Shown here piece by piece: positions 1 through 5,711 of a stretch of 23,145 nt of DNA. The position numbers and the translations under genes are program-made. Position 1 is the stretch's first letter; the number at the start of each line of letters is the position of its first letter. The stretch spans positions 1 to 23,145 of the forward strand of contig JAQCIU010000045.1 of the NCBI GenBank assembly GCA_027593235.1, in the 5' to 3' direction. The stretch comes from Chloroflexota bacterium. GTDB taxonomy: Bacteria; Chloroflexota; Dehalococcoidia; UBA2979. The notes under the pieces are model-generated. The model did not search any database. It saw only the letters and a program-made list of their open reading frames with translations, and was not told where the DNA came from.

Positions 1-790
1 CGAAGCGGCGCGCCGGGCGGCGCGTGATCAGCACGCCCTCGGGCAGCTGCGTGGCGGGGAGGCTGCGCTCGCCGTCCGGGATCAGCAGCTCGCGCGGGGC
101 GAGCCGCGCCCATTCGCCGGCCAGCTCGTCGGCGCCCAGCAGCTGCAGCTCCAGCTCACCGGTGGTCACGTCGCAGGCCGCCAGCACCCAGCGTGCCGCG
201 CCGCGTGGATCGGCCGGGCCGGGTGCGGCCGCGGCCAGCCAGTTGTGCGCGCCGCTCGGGAGTAGCGCACCGCTCTCAACCGTCCCCGGCGTCACCACGC
301 GCAGGATCCGCCGCTCGACGAGTCCCTGCCCCGGCTCGCTCACCTGCTCCGCGATCGCGACGCGGTGGCCGCCGCTGACGAGCCGTTCGAGGTAGCGTTC
401 GAGCTGGTGGTGCGGCACCCCGGCGAGCGGAATCCGCCCTTCGCCCTTGCCCATCGGCCGCGAGGTGAGCGCGATCCCCAGCTCGCGCGAGCAGAGCTCG
501 GCGTCGTCGTCGAAGGTCTCGTAGAAGTCGCCCATCCGAAACAACAGGATCGCGTCCGGCTGCTGCGCCTTCAGCGCCAGGTACTGGCGGCGCGCCGGGG
601 TGAGGCCGGGCTCCGCGCTGCCGCGCGTCCGCGCGCGCGACGACGCGACCCGCGATGGACGCGCGGCGGCGGCCGGCGATGAATCGCCCTCGGTCGCCGG
701 ATCGGGCGGCCGGATCGGGACGTCCGCAGATCGTTCGAGCCGTGGCTCCGACAGGAGCGCATCCTCCGCGGGGAGCGGATCGGGGTTCAG
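1..790 (-). CDS. mutS: DNA mismatch repair protein MutS, 5' part (runs off the window edge; start codon uncertain)
   Basis: Not in the ORF track. Manual minus-strand translation gives LTPARRQYLALKAQQPDAILLFRMGDFYETFDDDAELCSRELGIALTSR...PLAGVPHHQLERYLERLVSGGHRVAIAEQ...VERRILRVVTPGT, the MutS domain I signature. The frame is open up to TAA at 808-806. CTG at 790 is a tentative start. Confidence 0.93.
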   Translation of the reverse strand, partial: MNPDPLPAEDALLSEPRLERSADVPIRPPDPATEGDSSPAAAARPSRVASSRARTRGSAEPGLTPARRQYLALKAQQPDAILLFRMGDFYETFDDDAELCSRELGIALTSRPMGKGEGRIPLAGVPHHQLERYLERLVSGGHRVAIAEQVSEPGQGLVERRILRVVTPGTVESGALLPSGAHNWLAAAAPGPADPRGAARWVLAACDVTTGELELQLLGADELAGEWARLAPRELLIPDGERSLPATQLPEGVLITRRPARRF

Positions 791-876
791 CCGGGGATCA
801 GTACCTTACGCGCCCCCAGCGGACGCTTCCACGGGCAACGGCGGTCGCCGCGCGGCGCGTGCCGCCCTGTGGACGA

Positions 877-1815
877 TCAGGCGGCGACGCGGTCCCGTCC
901 GTTGCGTTTCGCGGCGTAGAGCGCGGTGTCAGCGCGCCGGATGAAGTCATCGATCGATTCGCCGGCGGCCGGCTCGACCGCGACACCGAGGCTCGCGGTG
1001 ACGTGCACGATCCCGCCGCCCGCATGCGCGGCGCCGTCGATCCCGTCGAGCGACACGACTGCTGCGGCGGTGGCGTTGCGGAGCGCCTCGGCGAGCGCGA
1101 TCGCGGTCTCGCGGGTTGCGCCGGGGAAGACCGCGAGGAACTCCTCGCCGCCCCAGCGGCCGATGTGCGCACCGCTCGGCAGCGTTTCGCGGATCGTCGC
1201 GGCGACGACCGAGAGCACGGCATCGCCGGCGGCGTGCCCGTGGGTGTCGTTGACCAGCTTGAAGTGATCGATGTCCAGCAACGCGACGGCGAACGGCTCG
1301 CCGCTGGCGGCCGCGGCGTCGAACGTCGGCTCGGCGCGCGCGAGCAGGCCGACGCGGTTGAGCAGGCCCGTCAGGCCGTCGTGGGTCGCCATCCGTTGCA
1401 ACACCTGCTCCGCCTCGCGGCGCACGGTGATGTCGGTGCCGATGCCGAGCACGCTGTAGCCACCTTCGCCGGGGGCGAGCGCGGTGAAGCTCATCTGCAC
1501 CCAGACGCTGCGGGCCGGCCCCTCGACCCGAAAGACCGCGTTCAACACGTCCTCGCCGCTGCGCCGGACGCGCTCGTGCGGCTGCTCTTCGAGCGGGATC
1601 AGGCGTCCACGCTCGTCGAAGTAGCGCACCGCCTCGTTCGCGGCGGCGTCACCGTCGGCGCACCCGAGCGTGGCGACGATCTCGTCGCCATAGTGCTGGA
1701 GTTGCCCGCTGTCATCGCGGATGGTGACGATCAGCCCGGCGCCCTCGCAGACGTTCAAGACCATCGCCGCATCGAGGTGCGGCGCGATCCCCTGGAGAGC
1801 CCGAAACAACGCCAT
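877..1815 (-). CDS. PAS/PAC-GGDEF diguanylate cyclase
   Basis: Motifs TDITVRREAE, HDGLTGLLNR, DIDHFKLVNDTHGHAAGD, GRWGGEEF and ADTALYAAKRNGRDRV. Confidence 0.92.
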   Translation of the reverse strand: MALFRALQGIAPHLDAAMVLNVCEGAGLIVTIRDDSGQLQHYGDEIVATLGCADGDAAANEAVRYFDERGRLIPLEEQPHERVRRSGEDVLNAVFRVEGPARSVWVQMSFTALAPGEGGYSVLGIGTDITVRREAEQVLQRMATHDGLTGLLNRVGLLARAEPTFDAAAASGEPFAVALLDIDHFKLVNDTHGHAAGDAVLSVVAATIRETLPSGAHIGRWGGEEFLAVFPGATRETAIALAEALRNATAAAVVSLDGIDGAAHAGGGIVHVTASLGVAVEPAAGESIDDFIRRADTALYAAKRNGRDRVAA

Positions 1816-2040
1816 ACAACCGCCTTGCCAGCCGTCAGTTGATCACATGCGGATCACAGGACTCTCTGAGCATCGGCACGCGGCGCGATGCCATGTAGCA
1901 CCGATGTGAGGCGATGGCGGCCGATCGGCGCTCGCCATGGAGGAATCAGGCTCCGCGCAGTGAACGTCCACACCGTGCGAGGCGATCGTCTTCGCGCCGG
2001 CCGCGGGCGGTCGCCGAGGACAGCGACGCGCCGGATCGCG

Positions 2041-2046
2041 CACAAT
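2041..2046 (+). promoter_or_regulatory. Putative -10 element (CACAAT) for tRNA-Leu
   Basis: TATAAT-like hexamer about 20 nt upstream of the tRNA 5' end, in otherwise GC-rich DNA. Confidence 0.4.
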
Positions 2047-2065
2047 CGCCCCGCCGCGCACACGC

Positions 2066-2149
2066 GCCGGGGTGGCGGAATGGCAGACGCAGCGAGCTTA
2101 AACCTCGCGGCCGCGAGGCGTGTGGGTTCGAATCCCACCCCCGGCACCA
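2066..2149 (+). tRNA. tRNA-Leu, anticodon TAA (UAA)
   Basis: Acceptor stem GCCGGGG/CCCCGGC, discriminator A, encoded CCA. D-arm GCGGAATGGCAGACGC. Anticodon stem GCGAG/CTCGC with loop CTTAAAC. Long variable arm. T-arm GTGGG-TTCGAAT-CCCAC. Confidence 0.97.
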
Positions 2150-2218
2150 CTGAGCAGCGCCGCGGTCGACCCATATTCACAACGTGCACCTGCCATGCGG
2201 GATCACCCGTAACGCATG

Positions 2219-2248
2219 TTGTCAGGCGTCACATACACCTTGTATGAT
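2219..2248 (+). promoter_or_regulatory. Sigma70-type promoter for the diiron operon
   Basis: TTGTCA (2219-2224), 18 nt spacer, TATGAT (2243-2248). An inverted repeat CATAC-N5-GTATG overlaps the -10. Confidence 0.65.
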
Positions 2249-2448
2249 GCCGGGAGCAAGCCGAATCTGCGCGGGCAACTTCGCGTTGCGATCCGCCCGC
2301 CGTTCGGTACGCCGGTGCCCCAGGCACCATCCGCGGGCGTCCGCGCCGAGGCCCAGGTTTGGTCACTGCGGTCCGGATGCACATCCGTCCGGCACGAGGC
2401 CGGTCGGGCAGGGCCGTTGAACAGCAGGGTCCGTTCACGGGGAGAACT

Positions 2449-3588
2449 ATGGCAACTGAGGTCCGATCGACCGATACGCAGGGGACGCCCGTCAGCAGTG
2501 AGTACCAGGCATTGCTCGACTACGGTCGCGGCAACGGCTACAAGCTCGACTGGCTGCAGCCCGGCCCAACGCTTGGCACTAGTCCGGAGTTCAACTCCAA
2601 GGCCGGTGGTCTGCTGCTGCAAGATGCCGACCTCGGTCCGTTCGGCCAGGTGCCCGAATTCAGCGACAACATGAGCGGCCGGCCGCGCGGCGCGATTCAG
2701 CGCCCGAGCGCGCCCCGCGTCGGCAACTACCCGGTTCGCACCAAGGCGGACGTCTGGCTGCGCAACGGCGCCCAGCTCTACGAAGAGGCCGTGCAGCGCC
2801 AGTGGTCGTCCTCGACCGACGTGCCGTGGCACACGCTCGAGGAGCTGCCGGACGACATCGAGCGCGCCGAGTGCATGCTCGCCACCTTCCTGACCGAGGT
2901 CGAGTTCGTCGCCGGCGACGTGCCCGGCAAGTGGATCGCCTACACCACCCCGGACTACTACGAGCCGCGGATGTTCCTGATCTCCCAGATCATGGACGAG
3001 GCGCGCCACATGGACGTCTTCCGCAAGCGCGCGCTCGCCAACGGCGGCGGCTTGATGGGCCAGCTCGACAACTCGGCGCTCGCCGGTGGCGCGATTGACT
3101 CCGCCCGCGACTTCACCGAGATGTCCGCTCGGCTGCACATCTCCGGCGAGGGCCTGGTGCTCTCGATCTTCCGGATGGGCGAGCTGATGAGCTACAACGA
3201 CGCCGAGAAGGCGATGTACCGCCTGGCCGCCTCGGACGAGTCGCGCCACGTCGCCTTCGGCGTGATGCACCTCCAGTACCTGTCGCAGACCGACCCGGAG
3301 CGCAAGGCCGAGATTCACAGCTACCTGGACGAGATCGAGATTGGCCTGGCCCGGGGCTTCGGCGGTCAGAACCCCGCCGCCCGCGGCACGCCGTCCAGCG
3401 CGGCGCTCTCGATCCTCCTCGGTGGTGGCGCGGACGCCGCGTCGCTGCGCGAGGGCGAGCAGATCGCGGTGGCGCTGCGTCAGCGGCAGATCAAGGAATA
3501 CGTCCAGCGCGTGCGCGTCGCCGGCTTCGGTGACCGCTTCGAGGATGGCCGCGCCAACCCGGCACTCGCACAGTACGTCGCGGCCTAA
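2449..3588 (+). CDS. Ferritin-like dimetal-carboxylate (diiron-type) protein, putative catalytic alpha subunit
   Basis: ATG 2449 follows a GGGGAGA RBS. Complete ligand pattern TEVEF...DEARH...GEG...DESRH, plus an LYEEAVQRQW..TDVPW N-terminal motif reminiscent of R2lox/AurF-like ferritin-fold oxidases. Confidence 0.85.
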   Translation: MATEVRSTDTQGTPVSSEYQALLDYGRGNGYKLDWLQPGPTLGTSPEFNSKAGGLLLQDADLGPFGQVPEFSDNMSGRPRGAIQRPSAPRVGNYPVRTKADVWLRNGAQLYEEAVQRQWSSSTDVPWHTLEELPDDIERAECMLATFLTEVEFVAGDVPGKWIAYTTPDYYEPRMFLISQIMDEARHMDVFRKRALANGGGLMGQLDNSALAGGAIDSARDFTEMSARLHISGEGLVLSIFRMGELMSYNDAEKAMYRLAASDESRHVAFGVMHLQYLSQTDPERKAEIHSYLDEIEIGLARGFGGQNPAARGTPSSAALSILLGGGADAASLREGEQIAVALRQRQIKEYVQRVRVAGFGDRFEDGRANPALAQYVAA

Positions 3589-3607
3589 GGCCGCACACCA
3601 ACTACCA

Positions 3608-3646
3608 GACGGCGCCCGCGCCCCCTTGGGGACACGGGCCGCCGTC
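3608..3646 (+). terminator. Intergenic GC-rich hairpin (weak terminator or mRNA-stability element)
   Basis: Imperfect stem GACGGCG-CCCG..CCCC / GGGG..CGGG-CGCCGTC, followed only by GCTT. Confidence 0.45.
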
Positions 3647-3694
3647 GCTTGGTACTGACCGCCGCCGCGCGCGGCCAACGAGGGGAATCACTGG

Positions 3695-4768
3695 ATGGTT
3701 CAGCAGGCAACACCAGACACCGCAGCGTCGGCGGATCCGCCCCCCGACTTGAGCTGGATGGAAAAGACGCTCGGTTGGGGCACCCGTGCCCGGCCGGAGC
3801 CGCACGGCGGCGGTCTCACCGTCGACGCGCTGAACATCGGCGTCTACGCCGACGTGCCGGATCACATCCCGTACCGCAACCGCTGCCCGCGTGGCGCCTA
3901 CCCGGCGCCGGAAGCCGGCAACATCGGCGGGTACTACCTGCAGGACAAGTACGAGCAGTGGTCAGATGTGGCCGGCCTGCTCTACGAAGAGGCGATTAGC
4001 CGCCGCTGGTCGACCGCGACCGACGTGCCGTGGGAAACCGCTGGCAACGTCCCGACCGACGTCGAACTCGCCGTCGCCCAGGTCGCAACCGAGCTTTGCC
4101 AGCAGGCCTCGATCGAGACCGAGGTGATCTCCGCCTGGCTGCAGAACCTCAGCCCCGGTTACCACGAGGTGAAGCTGTTCCTCTCGACCGTCGTCTACGA
4201 CGCGGCGCGGATGTTTGATGGCTACCGCAAGCGCGCCATGCTCAACGGCGGCGGCATGCTGCTCGAGAGCCCCGGCCGGATGAACCGCCAGATCCTGGAG
4301 ACCTACGCGGGCTGGTCGGAGACCGTGCTCACGCAGTACATCATGCGCGGCACGCTCCAGAAGACGATCCTGCGCTACCTCTCCGTCTACGGCCCGACCG
4401 AGGCCGATCGGGTGCTCGCCTGGCGCATCCTGCCGGACCGCGCCCGCACCGCCGCCTACGCGATGGACCATGTCCGCTTCGCGATCAGCCAGCGCCCGAC
4501 GCTCCGCAAGACGTTCGACGACTGGCTGATGCTGGTGGAGATGGTGCAGTCCGCGGAGAACCGCGATCCGGTCCTCTGGGAGGCGCTCGCGATCATCTTC
4601 GGTGGCGGCATCAAGGGCATGGACGAGGGCATGGCTCGCGTCCGCGAACTGCAGGCCGACTGGGTCCGCGAGTACATCAGCTACACGAAGGTCGCCGGCA
4701 TCAACCGCGGTGCGAAGCTCTTCCCGGGATTCGGGATGATGCTGAACACCGACGCGGCCGCCGGCTAG
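3695..4768 (+). CDS. Ferritin-like paralog lacking metal ligands, putative structural beta subunit
   Basis: Colinear with the upstream gene (PRGA, LYEEAISRRWSTATDVPW, RKRAMLNGGG). The ligand motifs read CQQAS, DAARM, MRGT and DRART. RBS GAGGGGA. Confidence 0.8.
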   Translation: MVQQATPDTAASADPPPDLSWMEKTLGWGTRARPEPHGGGLTVDALNIGVYADVPDHIPYRNRCPRGAYPAPEAGNIGGYYLQDKYEQWSDVAGLLYEEAISRRWSTATDVPWETAGNVPTDVELAVAQVATELCQQASIETEVISAWLQNLSPGYHEVKLFLSTVVYDAARMFDGYRKRAMLNGGGMLLESPGRMNRQILETYAGWSETVLTQYIMRGTLQKTILRYLSVYGPTEADRVLAWRILPDRARTAAYAMDHVRFAISQRPTLRKTFDDWLMLVEMVQSAENRDPVLWEALAIIFGGGIKGMDEGMARVRELQADWVREYISYTKVAGINRGAKLFPGFGMMLNTDAAAG

Positions 4769-4774
4769 CCGCCG

Positions 4775-5077
4775 ATGCCGTTGTTTGCCTACCGCTGCGA
4801 TTCCTGCGAGGGACAGTTCGAGGCGCTCGTGCGTCCGAACCGCTCGCCCGAGCCCGTGGCGTGCAAGCTCTGCGGCAAGGAAACGATCCGCAAGGTGCCG
4901 ACCGCGTTCGCGCTCGCACACAGCGAGCTGGACGCGATCCGCGCCCTCGATCCCCGCTACAAGCGGATGGTCGAGGACCAGATGACGAAAACGCCGGAAG
5001 CCGAACCCATGCGGCATCTGGCGAAGATGACACCGTTCGACGTGGTCGATGACCCCGGCGATCCAATTGATTTCTAG
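4775..5077 (+). CDS. FmdB-family zinc-ribbon (CxxC...CxxC) protein
   Basis: MPLFAYRCDSCEGQFEALV...VACKLCG matches the MPxYxYxCxxC...CxxCG pattern. Starts 6 nt after the previous stop. Confidence 0.85.
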   Translation: MPLFAYRCDSCEGQFEALVRPNRSPEPVACKLCGKETIRKVPTAFALAHSELDAIRALDPRYKRMVEDQMTKTPEAEPMRHLAKMTPFDVVDDPGDPIDF

Positions 5078-5101
5078 AACAGACCACGGAGGAACAACAT
5101 C

Positions 5102-5545
5102 GTGACCACCGGCACCCTCACCTTCCCGTCGACCGACTGGTTCCAGGCGCTCGCCGACATCACCAAGGAAGACCTGGGCTACAAGAAGTTCGGCCGCATG
5201 AATGCCGTGATCGCCTTCAAGATTGGCGACACGAACATCAGCTGCAACTTCGACGTACTCGACATCCGCGACGTGCGTGAGATCACCAACGAAGAGCTGC
5301 GCGACGTCGACATCGTGATCGAGATGCCGGAAGACGTCTGGTCGGGGATGCTCGCCAACATCAAGGAGCACGGCCGTGCCGTCGGCGAGTGGACGCTGAA
5401 CACGCTGGACCTCCGCCTCGACGAGGAGATCCACAAGAACATGATGGGCGACGGCTTCAAGGCGGACTTCTTCTTCCGCTACAACCCGAGCCTCCAGGTC
5501 TTCATCGACAACGCGGCGAAGCTCGACTTCGACGTCGCCTCGTAA
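5102..5545 (+). CDS. SCP2-like (sterol carrier fold) small acidic protein
   Basis: GTG start after GGAGGA. The N-terminal FPSTDWFQAL and the D-I-V-I-E-M-P-E-D-V-W segment resemble SCP2-like proteins. Codon usage is strongly biased. The fold call is an inference. Confidence 0.6.
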   Translation: MTTGTLTFPSTDWFQALADITKEDLGYKKFGRMNAVIAFKIGDTNISCNFDVLDIRDVREITNEELRDVDIVIEMPEDVWSGMLANIKEHGRAVGEWTLNTLDLRLDEEIHKNMMGDGFKADFFFRYNPSLQVFIDNAAKLDFDVAS

Positions 5546-5582
5546 GGACCGACCACTGGACCGCGCAGACGAGATCACGGTC

Positions 5583-5616
5583 GACGGCCGTCCCACCGGG
5601 GGCGGCCGTCTTCGTT
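5583..5616 (+). terminator. Intrinsic terminator closing the four-gene diiron operon
   Basis: 12-bp stem GACGGCCGTCCC/GGGGCGGCCGTC (one G-U), 4-nt loop, TTCGTT tail. Confidence 0.65.
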
Positions 5617-5651
5617 AACGGCGTGCGACGAGACCGCGCGGCAACGCGCGG

Positions 5652-5657
5652 TATGAT
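5652..5657 (+). promoter_or_regulatory. Putative -10 (TATGAT) for the Mo-subunit gene
   Basis: Near-consensus hexamer between the terminator and ATG 5712. Confidence 0.5.
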
Positions 5658-5711
5658 CCGCGCGAGCACCGCCCCGGGACAACGCCCGGTCCGCCGAGAG
5701 GATCCCCGCCG

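Noticed and set aside
2165-2182. Second Rex-like site (TTCACAA half-site at 2176-2182)
   Set aside because: The left half (GTCGACC) does not match, so it is not a palindrome.
2066-2200. tRNA-Leu as an integration site for a genomic island carrying the catabolic genes
   Set aside because: No integrase, no repeat of the tRNA 3' end spotted, and downstream genes have host-like composition.
2449-4768. Ribonucleotide reductase R2, or methane/phenol monooxygenase alpha-beta subunits
   Set aside because: No R1 gene, coupling protein or reductase is present. The proteins are shorter than SDIMO alpha subunits, and I could not recognise their family-specific motifs.
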